Shown: piece by piece, positions 38,615-47,794 of the stretch
How positions within the stretch are numbered: the stretch's first letter is position 1
Layout: each line of letters begins with the position of its first letter
From: an uncultured Acidimicrobiaceae bacterium
GTDB lineage: Bacteria > Actinomycetota > Acidimicrobiia > Acidimicrobiales > RAAP-2
DNA length: 64,000 bases
NCBI GenBank assembly: GCA_963839255.1
Contig: CAWIUH010000007.1
Coordinates: 86,280-150,279 of the forward strand
Direction of reading: 5' to 3'
The notes under the pieces: generated by a model
Databases searched by the model: none
What the model was told of the DNA's origin: nothing
The model's input: the letters and a program-made list of their open reading frames with translations, nothing else
Made by a program: the position numbers and the translations under genes

Positions 38615-39580
38615 TTAAAAGTAGATCGTGGACTTCGCTCGTTCGACCACGTCGTCCAGATCGTCGCTCCAGGCCCCGGTCGAAAGGTACTTCCACCCGT
38701 CATCGGCCATGATGACCAGGATCGCGGCGTCTTGGTCGTCGGGGATGTTGGCCGCACACTTCACGGCCCCCGCCATAGCCGCACCCGACGAGAGACCCAC
38801 GAATAGTCCAAGTTCACTGAGGCGCCGTGTCCACTCCACCGACTCGCGTGGTCGCACGATCACCTTGCGGTCAAGGAGCTCTTCGCCGTGATTGTCCGTG
38901 AAGATCGGCGGTACGTACCCGTCATCGAGACTGCGCAGTCCGTCCACGATTTCGCCGCTGGGCGGCTCCACGGCCCAGACCTGAATCTCGGGTCGCTGTT
39001 CCTTGAGGTAACGACCCACCCCCATCAACGTGCCCGAGGTGCCGAGTCCCGCGACGAAGTGCGTGATCTCGGGAACGTCCTTGAGTATCTCGGGCCCGGT
39101 CGAGTGATAGTGGGCGAGTGGATTGGCTGGGTTGGCGTACTGATACAAGAAGACCCACTCGGGATTCGCTGCCGAGAGCGATTGAGCGAGTCGAACCGCA
39201 CCGTTTGATCCCTCGGTGCCAGGAGAGTCGATGATCTCGGCACCAAAGACCTCGAGCAGCTGGCGACGCTCGGGTGAGACGTTGGTCGGCAACACAACCT
39301 TGAGGTGATAGCCGCGTAGCCGACACACCAGGGCCAGGGCGATGCCGGTGTTGCCCGAGGACGGCTCGATCAGGATCTGACCCGCACGACCCGGAATCAG
39401 GCGAGCGTCGCGCTCCGCCGCCTCCACTAAAGACAGGGCGACGCGATCCTTGACCGAACCGGCTGGATTGCGGCCTTCGAGTTTCGCCCAGATCGCAACG
39501 CGAGGATTAGGAGAGAGTGCGCTGACGTCCAGGACGGGCGTCGAACCGATGAGATCGAGAACCGACGCGTAGCGCGTCAC
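38615..39580 (-). CDS. cysM: CysO-dependent cysteine synthase (O-phosphoserine sulfhydrylase type)
   Basis: NPAGSVKDR, SSGNTG, GLGTSGT, GWKYLSTG; coupled to cysO. Confidence 0.9.
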   Translation of the reverse strand: MTRYASVLDLIGSTPVLDVSALSPNPRVAIWAKLEGRNPAGSVKDRVALSLVEAAERDARLIPGRAGQILIEPSSGNTGIALALVCRLRGYHLKVVLPTNVSPERRQLLEVFGAEIIDSPGTEGSNGAVRLAQSLSAANPEWVFLYQYANPANPLAHYHSTGPEILKDVPEITHFVAGLGTSGTLMGVGRYLKEQRPEIQVWAVEPPSGEIVDGLRSLDDGYVPPIFTDNHGEELLDRKVIVRPRESVEWTRRLSELGLFVGLSSGAAMAGAVKCAANIPDDQDAAILVIMADDGWKYLSTGAWSDDLDDVVERAKSTIYF

Positions 39581-39861
39581 TACCAGGCGCCACCAGCGAC
39601 CGCGGGCAGCAACGTGATCTCGTCGTTGTGCTCCACCGACGCTTGGACGCCCCCGATGTAGCGCACGTCATCGTCGTTGACGTACACGTTGAGAAACCGG
39701 TGCAGGGTGCCGTCTTCGTTGAGAATCTGGCCCTTGATCTCCGGATAGAGGTTGGTCAGTCGCAAGAACACCTCACCCACGGTGTCGCCTTCCACGGCGA
39801 TCACGCTTTCGCCGCCCATGGCGGGACGAAGCACGGTAGGTATTCGCAGTACAGCCGACAT
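39580..39861 (-). CDS. cysO: MoaD/ThiS-family sulfur carrier
   Basis: RIPTVLR, NVYVNDDDVRY, LPAVAGG followed by AW-stop. Confidence 0.88.
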   Translation of the reverse strand: MSAVLRIPTVLRPAMGGESVIAVEGDTVGEVFLRLTNLYPEIKGQILNEDGTLHRFLNVYVNDDDVRYIGGVQASVEHNDEITLLPAVAGGAW

Positions 39862-39970
39862 AGCGCCCACTTTCGACTTTTCGATGTATATATGACCTGC
39901 TAAGTCAACAATAGCGTCTGGCTGTCACGCCGTGTCCAAAAAGTTGCGTCCACCCGAGGTGGCGAAGAAT

Positions 39971-40375
39971 TCAGCCGTCCGTCAGGTCGATGACTTCCGA
40001 AGCGACCTCACCGTTCACGATGCGATAGCTCCTAACGTCGGCCGGCGACGGTGCCAGGGAGACCAAGACGTAGTGCCACGACGGGTCGGGAGCCTGGGAC
40101 ACGTCGGTCGGACTCGGGTAGGCCTCAGAGTGGGTGTGAGAGTGAAAGACGCCGATCACCTCGAGGCCCTCGGCGTCCGCGCGACGAGCGGCACCGAGTA
40201 CGACGGTGGGATCAATCTCGTAGACCCTGGCCGAGTCGGCGGCATTGGGGCTCGCGATCACGTCGTGCACGAGGCCCTCGAGAGTGCCCATGAGTAGCCC
40301 GCAACCTTCGTTGGGCAGCGCGCGGATACATGTGGCGACCATCGCGTCGCGTTGGTCCACGCTCATCGTCAGCAC
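39971..40375 (-). CDS. mec: M67/JAMM metallopeptidase (Mec-like)
   Basis: PNEGCGL, FHSHTHSEAYPSPTD JAMM motif. Confidence 0.9.
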   Translation of the reverse strand: MLTMSVDQRDAMVATCIRALPNEGCGLLMGTLEGLVHDVIASPNAADSARVYEIDPTVVLGAARRADAEGLEVIGVFHSHTHSEAYPSPTDVSQAPDPSWHYVLVSLAPSPADVRSYRIVNGEVASEVIDLTDG

Positions 40376-40429
40376 GAGGCCACCCTAACCAGTACGGCTT
40401 GTTCACGGTCACGTCACTACGCTGTCCAA

Positions 40430-40954
40430 GTGGCTCGGGCCAAGCAGATGCAGCAGCGTCGCGCGAAAAGTCGCGAAGACGTCGTGGGCGACCGCGTGGT
40501 CGCCTCGAATCGTCGCGCCCGCCACGACTACGAGATCCTCGACACCATGGAGTGCGGCATCGTGCTCGTGGGCTCGGAGGTCAAGTCCCTGCGCGAAGGG
40601 CGGGCCCAGATCGCTGAGAGCTACGCCCGGGTCGACAACGACGAACTGTGGCTCTACCAGATGCACATTCCGCCTTGGGTGTACGCGGTGGGCTTCGGGA
40701 GTCACGACCCGGATCGCAAACGCAAACTCCTCGTGCACCGCTTCGAACTAGAGCGCCTCCAAAAGGAGGCGGCCACCCAGTCGCTGACAATCGTGCCCTT
40801 GAAGCTGTACTTCAAGGATGGTCGAGCCAAGGTCGAACTGGCACTCGCGCGCGGGCGCCAGAAGCAAGATCGCCGCCAGGCCATCGCGAAACGTGACGCC
40901 GAGCGCGATATGGCCCGTGCGGCGCGCCAGCGCGAGAAGTACGCCGACGGCTAA
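40430..40954 (+). CDS. smpB: SsrA-binding protein
   Basis: NRRARHDY, GSEVKSLR, RKRKLL, LYFK.G.AK; start uncertain (40430 or 40448). Confidence 0.96.
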   Translation: MARAKQMQQRRAKSREDVVGDRVVASNRRARHDYEILDTMECGIVLVGSEVKSLREGRAQIAESYARVDNDELWLYQMHIPPWVYAVGFGSHDPDRKRKLLVHRFELERLQKEAATQSLTIVPLKLYFKDGRAKVELALARGRQKQDRRQAIAKRDAERDMARAARQREKYADG

Positions 40955-41018
40955 GCACCGCGCATTCTCTCCTACCGGTAGGCTTGATCCGCGGTCAAAA
41001 CGACCGTGCAGTCCCACT

Positions 41019-41369
41019 GGGGGTGAATTGATTCGACGTGAGTCGTCTTGGTGAAAGAAGCGAGCCGTGGTCTCCGGAACCACGTTAAAGAGCCGGAAAC
41101 ACAAAATAAACGCCAAGCCTCAGCTTGCGTTTGCTGCTTAGGTAGCAACATCCGCCTAGACCCTGCCTTACGGTTTAGATAACGGGTGTCATAAAAGTAA
41201 GGCTTACCCGCGAGGTTCGTTGGTGATCGCGCGGGGACACTTCAGCCATCTACGGAACGCCACCGGCGCTGACACTGGTGAGGCTCCCGACAATCAACTG
41301 TCAGCTGCGCTCGGAGAAGGTTCACTCAGAAACTGACGGACGGGGGTTCGTTACCCCCCACCTCCACCA
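41019..41369 (+). ncRNA. ssrA: tmRNA; tag (A)AKPQLAFAA* at 41112-41141
   Basis: 5' GGGGGTGAATTGATTCGAC, 3' CACCTCCACCA with G3-U pair; resume codon after AATAAAC; lies next to smpB. Confidence 0.96.
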
Positions 41370-41377
41370 GATGGGAA

Positions 41378-41408
41378 CGCGCCGGTCCTTCGGGACCGGC
41401 GCGCTTTC
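41378..41408 (+). terminator. Terminator-like hairpin after ssrA
   Basis: CGCGCCGGTCC-TTCG-GGACCGGCGCG perfect 11-bp stem followed by CTTTC. Confidence 0.75.
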
Positions 41409-41432
41409 GATGCCAGAGATTGGAGTTCACTC

Positions 41433-42149
41433 GTGACCTCGCGGCTCCTAGCCCTCACGTTTCTCGCCCGCGATCCAGCAAAACTGGCCACGTTTTGGTC
41501 CACGGCCCTGGGCTGGGAACCACGCCTCGACGAACACGTAACCGTTCTGGTGCCCACGGACGACGCGAGCGTTCCCATCATGTTCGTCCCCACGGAAAAC
41601 GAAAAGCGAGCACGAAACCGCAATCACCTGGACCTCACTACCACTTCGCAGGAGGACCAATCCGCGACCGTCCACCAGTTACTGGAATTGAACGGGACCC
41701 ACTGTGACGTCGGTCAGGGTCCGGAGGAGTCGCACGTCGTGCTCGCTGACCCGGAAGGCAACGAGCTATGCGTCATTGATCCTGCCAACACTTTCCTCGC
41801 CGACTGCCCGCGGCTCGGGGCGATCAACTGCGACGGCACCAAAGAGACGGGCTACTTCTGGAGCAAAGTGCTTGGGTGGCCCCTCATCTGGGATCAGAAC
41901 GAGGAGACCGCGATCCGCGACCCCGGTGGCACCGGACCGATGATCACCTGGAGTGGCCCCCCACTTCTACCCAAACACGGAAACAACCGACTTCAGTTAT
42001 CCATTACCCCGAACGACAAGTCCGCCCCGCGCGACGAGGTGGAGCGCCTGATCGCTCTGGGCGCATCGCTAGCGCGAAGTCTCGAGAACGGAGTCCTCGA
42101 GATGCTCGATCCCGACGGCAACGAGTTTCGAGTATTTGTCCCCATTTAA
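41433..42149 (+). CDS. VOC/glyoxalase family protein, two domains
   Basis: FW..ALGW, NRNHLDL, DPEGNELC, repeated as DPDGNEF. Confidence 0.88.
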   Translation: MTSRLLALTFLARDPAKLATFWSTALGWEPRLDEHVTVLVPTDDASVPIMFVPTENEKRARNRNHLDLTTTSQEDQSATVHQLLELNGTHCDVGQGPEESHVVLADPEGNELCVIDPANTFLADCPRLGAINCDGTKETGYFWSKVLGWPLIWDQNEETAIRDPGGTGPMITWSGPPLLPKHGNNRLQLSITPNDKSAPRDEVERLIALGASLARSLENGVLEMLDPDGNEFRVFVPI

Positions 42150-42175
42150 ATAACGCGATGAGCGAGAACGACCTA

Positions 42176-42670
42176 CTAGGTCTTGCCCAGAGCACCCACA
42201 TAGTCAGCGGGATCGTCGACTGTCACAAAGAATTTCCGACCTCGCGTGAGATCGACTTCCAACGCGTCGCCTCGTCGCGTTGAGAGGGCGGCGCGGCGCA
42301 AGAGGCGCAAGCTGCCGCGGTACCCAAAGCCCCCCATCTGAGTGAACGAGAGCTCTCGCACCCGTGCGGACTCGATCTCAAATGACTCGAAGACTTGACG
42401 AATGTGTCCGCCGGGACCATACGCGACGACGAGGGATCGACCGGACTCGACCTGAACGACTCGCACCACCACCCGCAAGAAGATCACAATCGCAAACACC
42501 TGAAGGGCGAAGGCGCAGAGAACAAGAATGAGCGCCACTACGGGGATGGACGAAGCGCTTTCCAAGAAGATGGTGGCTAACACGATGTACAGGAAAGCGA
42601 TGCCGCCAATGACTGCCGAGATCCACGACGATCGCAACTGCTGTTCGATGACGACCGTTCCTTCTTCCAT
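42176..42670 (-). CDS. Hypothetical membrane protein (two TMs plus PH-like domain)
   Basis: Two hydrophobic helices, GG.GYRG, F.VTVDDP. Confidence 0.7.
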   Translation of the reverse strand: MEEGTVVIEQQLRSSWISAVIGGIAFLYIVLATIFLESASSIPVVALILVLCAFALQVFAIVIFLRVVVRVVQVESGRSLVVAYGPGGHIRQVFESFEIESARVRELSFTQMGGFGYRGSLRLLRRAALSTRRGDALEVDLTRGRKFFVTVDDPADYVGALGKT

Positions 42671-42679
42671 CGTTACAAC

Positions 42680-43451
42680 TTAGAACGTCACTCCGATCTC
42701 GCGGGTGAGCGGTGCTCGCGCGATCACGACGTCTCCGCGCCGCTCGATCGTCCAACCCAGTCGTCTCTCCACGTCAAAGGCCGCAAGTCCGTCACGCAGC
42801 ACCGCACCTGCCAACTTCCCCTTGATGGCTTTAGCGTCGTGGCCCACCGCTCGCGACTCATCGGCCGCCACAAAGCGGACGTTGAGCACACGGCTCTTCC
42901 TTTCGACTCTCGTCCAGTCAACGCTCGCGGCGTGTTCGTGGGGCAGCAAATTCACAATGGTGGCGCGGGGCGCCGCGTCGAGCGAGCGCGGCCGTAACGT
43001 GGGGCCGCCAATACCGAGCGAGCACTCCCAGGCCCGGCAGACTCGCGTTCATCTTCACGCGATAGTCGGCGACGAGATCCTCACCGGTGACGAGTCCATA
43101 GAGGCCTGAAGGGACAAGAATTCGACGACGCGCCGCAGGAGTGAGCGTTTCCGGGCTCAGGTAGTTCCAAACGACCCCCTGGTAGCGGCGCCACGCGGGA
43201 AGTAAGGGTGCGCCGCCCTCGATAAAGACCCGTGCCGCCGATACGGTCCGCTCCAGCAACGGACCACGAGCGCCAAACGTTGCCTCCAGTTCTCTCTGCG
43301 AGGCGTCACTCAGAAAGGACTTCAGCGCGAGCTTCACCGCACCGCGCTGGTGGGCGAGCGTGTCGTCAAACCGACCATGCCTTAAGCGCCGCTGACCGCC
43401 CGTCGCCTTGCCCTGTGACGGCGGAAGCAACACAACGAGGCGCGCGGACAT
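42680..43451 (-). CDS. yaaA: Peroxide stress protein YaaA family, one frameshift near 42970
   Basis: LLPPSQGK, PAWRRYQGVVW, SGLYGL..DYR in 42918..43451 continues as IVNLLPHEH...AKAIKG in 42680..42955. Confidence 0.8.
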
Positions 43452-43467
43452 CGCGCCAGAGTAGTGC

Positions 43468-43746
43468 TCAGGCTGCGCTCAAAGCGTCTTTCGTAAGTCC
43501 GAAGGATCGAAGAAAGTTTCGAACTCTCACCACCTGGTCTTCGGTGAGCTCGCGCGTGCGAGTCGATCCGAACGAGACAGTTTCGCCCTCAACCGTGATG
43601 GCCCAGTTGCCGCGGTGAGTCTCATGGACTTCGCCGAAGCGGGCTAACAGAGAACAGACGTCGTGCCATTGAATGTTGTGGTTCAACGGGTGACAGAACA
43701 GTTTCTGTGCGGTGACGCGGTGGTGATGATCTAACTTGATCGACAT
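43468..43746 (-). CDS. HicA-like small protein, no antitoxin adjacent
   Basis: H..T..KLF.HP..HNIQW.DV.SLL..G...V..VRNFL pattern resembles HicA-family proteins; AAGGGGG RBS. Confidence 0.6.
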   Translation of the reverse strand: MSIKLDHHHRVTAQKLFCHPLNHNIQWHDVCSLLARFGEVHETHRGNWAITVEGETVSFGSTRTRELTEDQVVRVRNFLRSFGLTKDALSAA

Positions 43747-43802
43747 ACTCAGCCCCCTTAAGGGTCTAGGTTATTTGTCCCTCCACCAGCACTATCTACC
43801 TT

Positions 43803-45014
43803 TTAGGTCGGGCTGTCAAGGTTCGCTACGATCTCGACGTGTTCAGTCATCGGGAAGAGATCAAATACTCGCAGGTCACTTAGGACAAACCCGTGACCTA
43901 AGAAGTTTTTAAGGTCGCGCGCGAACGTCGCCGCGTCGCACGATACGTACACCACCTGTCGCGGGCGCCGTGCGGCGAGCGCATCAACGACTCCTCGGGC
44001 GAGGCCTTGTCGGGGCGGGTCAAGAACCACCACTGAATCTTCGCGCACGGTGTCGTTCACCGCACGCGGCGTCACCGACCACTCGCGCACTTTGACGTGA
44101 CGAAGTCCCGTCGCGTTCTCACGCGCGTCGCGCACGGCGTAAGGAGAGGACTCCACGGCGACGACTCGGCCATGATCACCCACGCGCCGGGCCAGTGGAA
44201 CACTAAAGAGTCCCACGCCGCTATAAAGATCCACGGCGTCGTCGCCCACGTCGAGTCGCACCAAATCCATGACCGTGTCGCTCAAGATCGTTGGCGCGTC
44301 ACGGTGCGACTGCCAAAACGATCGCGGCCCCACGCGATAGACGTGATTGCCCACGCCCACGCGCGAGTGAGTCGATGGATCGAGCGGCGCACCGGCGAGC
44401 GAGCGCACCTCTACCGGCGCATACGCGTCGCGACCGCTGCGCGTCACGGCGAAGGGCTCACCGTCACCGATCGCCCGGAGTTCCACTTCTTGCACTCCGG
44501 GCCACGGGTGCGAGAACGCCACGTCAAATGCGTGCTGCGCCACCCAACAGGACTCGATGGGCACGAGGTCATTGGTGCGTGCCTTTCGCAGGCATAGATG
44601 ACCTTGCTCATCGACTGCACAGCGAAGTCGGGTCCGGGTGGCTTGCCCCAACGATCCGGGGACCATTTCGACGTCCCACTCAACGCCCGCGATCCGCCTC
44701 AAATGCTCGGCGACCAGTGCGCTCTTCCACTCGACCTGCGCGCGCGCGTCCGCGTGTTGCAGATCACAGCCGCCACAACCGAACGGATGGGCGTACGGAC
44801 AGGGGGGCGACACGCGGTCCGGACTAGGTTCGAGAACCTCGATCGCCTCGCCACGGTAGAACTTCGACGTCGCCTCGGTCACCTGTACTCGCACGAGCTC
44901 ACCCACGAGTGAGTTGCGCACAAAGCTGACGCGGCCATCGGGCGCGCGGCCGACCCCACCCCCCGTGGCGGGTCGCTCGATGCGAATCGTTAGAAGTTCG
45001 TCGTCGGAACGCAC
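43803..45014 (-). CDS. TRAM-domain RNA (uracil-5) methyltransferase, RlmD family
   Basis: C.Y...CGGC.LQH Fe-S motif, SFWQ, DLYSGVG, LDPPRQG, YVSCD, FPMTEHVE. Confidence 0.9.
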   Translation of the reverse strand: MRSDDELLTIRIERPATGGGVGRAPDGRVSFVRNSLVGELVRVQVTEATSKFYRGEAIEVLEPSPDRVSPPCPYAHPFGCGGCDLQHADARAQVEWKSALVAEHLRRIAGVEWDVEMVPGSLGQATRTRLRCAVDEQGHLCLRKARTNDLVPIESCWVAQHAFDVAFSHPWPGVQEVELRAIGDGEPFAVTRSGRDAYAPVEVRSLAGAPLDPSTHSRVGVGNHVYRVGPRSFWQSHRDAPTILSDTVMDLVRLDVGDDAVDLYSGVGLFSVPLARRVGDHGRVVAVESSPYAVRDARENATGLRHVKVREWSVTPRAVNDTVREDSVVVLDPPRQGLARGVVDALAARRPRQVVYVSCDAATFARDLKNFLGHGFVLSDLRVFDLFPMTEHVEIVANLDSPT

Positions 45015-45017
45015 CGG

Positions 45018-45689
45018 CTAGCCAGCGCGGCTCAAAAACAGATCGACCAGTTCCTGGGCGCGCACTCGCGCCGCCGGTGTCTCGTTGGCCGTGCGAGCGA
45101 TCAGCGCGTCAACGTCGATGCCAAAGTCGCGCACGTCATCTTCGTCGGCCGACAGCCAGTCCTTGAGTTGCACGTCGTCTACCTCAGGGTGAAACTGCAC
45201 CGCGAGGTGCGGACCCACAACGAAGGCCTGGACCGCGCGAGGAGTCGTCGCCCAGACCTCGGCCATCTCGGGCAACACGCACTCATCGAAGTGAAACTCC
45301 AGCCACGGACCGACCGGCAGTTCGACGCCCTCTCGCACGTCAATTTCGTACCAACCCAGCTCTTCTTGGTCGGCTCGGCGCACCGTGCCACCAAAGAAGT
45401 GGCACAACGCCTGTGCGCCAAAGCAGATACCCAGGATTGGTAGTCCGCGCGCATCGGCCTCAGCAATGAGGGCGAGTTCGTGGCGAAACCAGGCCGACTC
45501 GTGCTCCACGTCGTAGACCGCGCTCTTCGAACCCAGGATGATGAGGGTGTCGTAGCCCTCGAGCGAAGGGGCGCGCTGGAGCTCATCGATCATCGCGACG
45601 TCCACGTCGTAGCCGCGCGCCACGAACGCTTCGCCCACGAGTCCGGGGTGATCTTCCACGTGATGACGCAGAGCCAGGGCGCGTTTCAT
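45018..45689 (-). CDS. Class I glutamine amidotransferase-like protein
   Basis: LGICFGAQ, QFHPE triad motifs. Confidence 0.88.
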   Translation of the reverse strand: MKRALALRHHVEDHPGLVGEAFVARGYDVDVAMIDELQRAPSLEGYDTLIILGSKSAVYDVEHESAWFRHELALIAEADARGLPILGICFGAQALCHFFGGTVRRADQEELGWYEIDVREGVELPVGPWLEFHFDECVLPEMAEVWATTPRAVQAFVVGPHLAVQFHPEVDDVQLKDWLSADEDDVRDFGIDVDALIARTANETPAARVRAQELVDLFLSRAG

Positions 45690-45739
45690 TGTGACATCGA
45701 CTCTAACGGCGCGCCCGCGCGGCGATGTTCGAAAACGGC

Positions 45740-46024
45740 TTACGTGCCCGGCAGCGACCAGCCCAGGCCGAGGGCAATCTCCCTGCACGTCGGACAGAGC
45801 GGGAATTTCGCAGGGTCGCGGCCCGGGACCCAGACCTTGCCGCACAGCGCCATCACCGGGGTGGCGTTGATCATGCCGTCGACGACCGAGTTGCCCAGCG
45901 CCACGAATTCACCGTCCTTGGGCGTGTAGCCCTCCAGCACCAAATGGGTGAAGCGCTCGTGGTCTCCCTCGTCAGTTTCGACCGTCGACTCGACGACAAC
46001 GTTGGGTTGCGTTTGGATCGTCAC
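45740..46024 (-). CDS. DUF3039 family protein
   Basis: GDHERFTH, PVMALCGKVWVP.RDP.KFP.CP.C. Confidence 0.9.
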   Translation of the reverse strand: MTIQTQPNVVVESTVETDEGDHERFTHLVLEGYTPKDGEFVALGNSVVDGMINATPVMALCGKVWVPGRDPAKFPLCPTCREIALGLGWSLPGT

Positions 46025-46062
46025 GAACTAAATTTAACGAGATCACGTTACGTTAGGTAGCC

Positions 46063-46284
46063 ATGAAGGCCCGACGCCGACGCCCGCGCATCCCCACCCA
46101 CTCCACCGGTCGGGTCTCCTCGCACGTCACGCGCGAAGGCTCACCCAAGAAGTCCTACCGCACGGAACGCGAAGCGAAAAGCGCGGCGCAACTGGCCTGG
46201 ACGCTCAACGGGGCCGAACTCGGGGTCTATCGCTGCGAGTTTTGTCATCAGTGGCATATGGGTAGTTCGCGGCGACCGGATTAG
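46063..46284 (+). CDS. Small basic putative Zn-binding protein
   Basis: H....G.PKKSY.T..EA...YRCEFCHQWH. Confidence 0.65.
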   Translation: MKARRRRPRIPTHSTGRVSSHVTREGSPKKSYRTEREAKSAAQLAWTLNGAELGVYRCEFCHQWHMGSSRRPD

Positions 46285-46337
46285 CGCATCGAGCCAAAAA
46301 CGGGCAGTATGGGAGCAAGCGAAGAGAAAGGCTTCTC

Positions 46338-46577
46338 ATGTCGGTGCAGGCGTACATCCTGATTCAGTCGGAAATTGGTTCGAGCGAAAAAGTCGTACTC
46401 GCCACCCGCGCCGTACCGGGCGTGTTGGAGTCCTTTGAAGTAACTGGCCCCTACGACGTCATCGTGCGCTGCGAGGCTGGCAGCGTCGACGATCTAGGCA
46501 AGTTCATCGTCGGGGCCATCCAAAAGGTTCCGGGAATCACGCGCACCCTGACCTGCCCCGTCGTCAATATTGAGTGA
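46338..46577 (+). CDS. Stand-alone Lrp/AsnC ligand-binding domain protein
   Basis: AYILI, VTGPYDVI, GITRTLTCPV. Confidence 0.9.
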   Translation: MSVQAYILIQSEIGSSEKVVLATRAVPGVLESFEVTGPYDVIVRCEAGSVDDLGKFIVGAIQKVPGITRTLTCPVVNIE

Positions 46578-46583
46578 CTCGCC

Positions 46584-47753
46584 CTAGTCCCACCACAGGT
46601 CGTGGTGCACCACGCCTTGACCGATCAGGTTGAGTTGCACCTGGCTCGTGCCTTCGACAATCGTGAGTTGCTTCGCGTCGCGGTAGTACTGCTCGACGGG
46701 GTGATCGTGCATGTAGCCGGCCGCTCCGAGTAACTGCACCGCCAAGCCCGACGTCCGCACGGCCACTTCGGTCGCGTAGTACTTGGCCATCGAGAGCATC
46801 GGCACGTGTTCCTTTGAGTAGAGGCCGTGGTCGGCCAGCCAGGCGGCGCGATACGTCAAGAGACGGGCGGCCTCGATGTCGGTGGCGCACTTGGCGATCT
46901 CCCAGCGGATGCCCTGAAAGTCCGCGATCGTCTGTCCAAAGGCCTCTCGCTGCTTCACGTAGTCCGTGGCGTACATCAGTGCACCCTCGGCGAGACCGAG
47001 TCCCCGGGCCGCCACGATCGGACGCATCGCGTTGAGCGACTGCATGGCCAGCAGGAAACCACCGCCGATGACGTCGTGGGGACCGACCTTGACGTTCTCC
47101 AGGACAATCTCGGTGGTATCGATGCCCTTGACGCCCATTTTCTGATCGACTCGCGGACGCGTCACGCCAGGCGAGTCGGCCGCCACGATGAAGCCGAAGA
47201 TGTTGCGGTGCTGACGCAGAGTCGGGTCGCCGATCTTGGCGAAGACCACAAACCAGTCGGCCTGCACCCCCCCGGAGATCCAGCACTTCGTGCCGTTGAG
47301 GACGAAGCCGTCTTCCACGTCGGGATCGGGAGCCGCGTGGGTGCGCATACCGGCCACATCCGATCCCGCACCCGGTTCGCTCAAACAGAACGCCGCGCGC
47401 TGGGTGCCGTTGGCGATGCCGGGCAGATACTTCTGCTTTTGCTCCTCGTTGCCAGCAATCATGATGGGCCCCGTGGGCAGTCGCGTGAGCAACAGCATCA
47501 GACCGATCACGTTGGAGTATTTGGTGACCTCCTCAATGGCGATCGCCAGGCCGGTGATGCCCGCGCCCGAACCCCCGTACTCCTCGGGAATGCACAGACC
47601 CAGCATGTCGGCGCGCTGCAACTCCTCGAAGATGTCCTGGGGGTACTCCCCCGTCGTATCGATCTCCCGGGCGCGCGGCTTGATCTTGGTCTGGGCGAGG
47701 CGGCGCACGCTGCGACGCAGTTCCTCCATCTCGGGTGAGAAGTCAAAGTTCAT
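46584..47753 (-). CDS. Acyl-CoA dehydrogenase
   Basis: PEEYGG, LSEPGAGSD, NGTKCWIS, REAFG, YYRDAK..IVEGT. Confidence 0.93.
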   Translation of the reverse strand: MNFDFSPEMEELRRSVRRLAQTKIKPRAREIDTTGEYPQDIFEELQRADMLGLCIPEEYGGSGAGITGLAIAIEEVTKYSNVIGLMLLLTRLPTGPIMIAGNEEQKQKYLPGIANGTQRAAFCLSEPGAGSDVAGMRTHAAPDPDVEDGFVLNGTKCWISGGVQADWFVVFAKIGDPTLRQHRNIFGFIVAADSPGVTRPRVDQKMGVKGIDTTEIVLENVKVGPHDVIGGGFLLAMQSLNAMRPIVAARGLGLAEGALMYATDYVKQREAFGQTIADFQGIRWEIAKCATDIEAARLLTYRAAWLADHGLYSKEHVPMLSMAKYYATEVAVRTSGLAVQLLGAAGYMHDHPVEQYYRDAKQLTIVEGTSQVQLNLIGQGVVHHDLWWD

Positions 47754-47794
47754 ACCCAGCAAGTTACTGCGAGGGCCTGTGCCAACATTGCGGG

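Noticed and set aside
42950-42990. Programmed frameshift in yaaA
   Set aside because: No slippery heptamer; the shift lies in a GC run and the contig has indel errors elsewhere, so error or simple mutation is likelier
41369-43800. Island inserted at the tmRNA 3' end
   Set aside because: The terminator follows ssrA directly; no integrase or att repeat; the genes are ordinary accessory types
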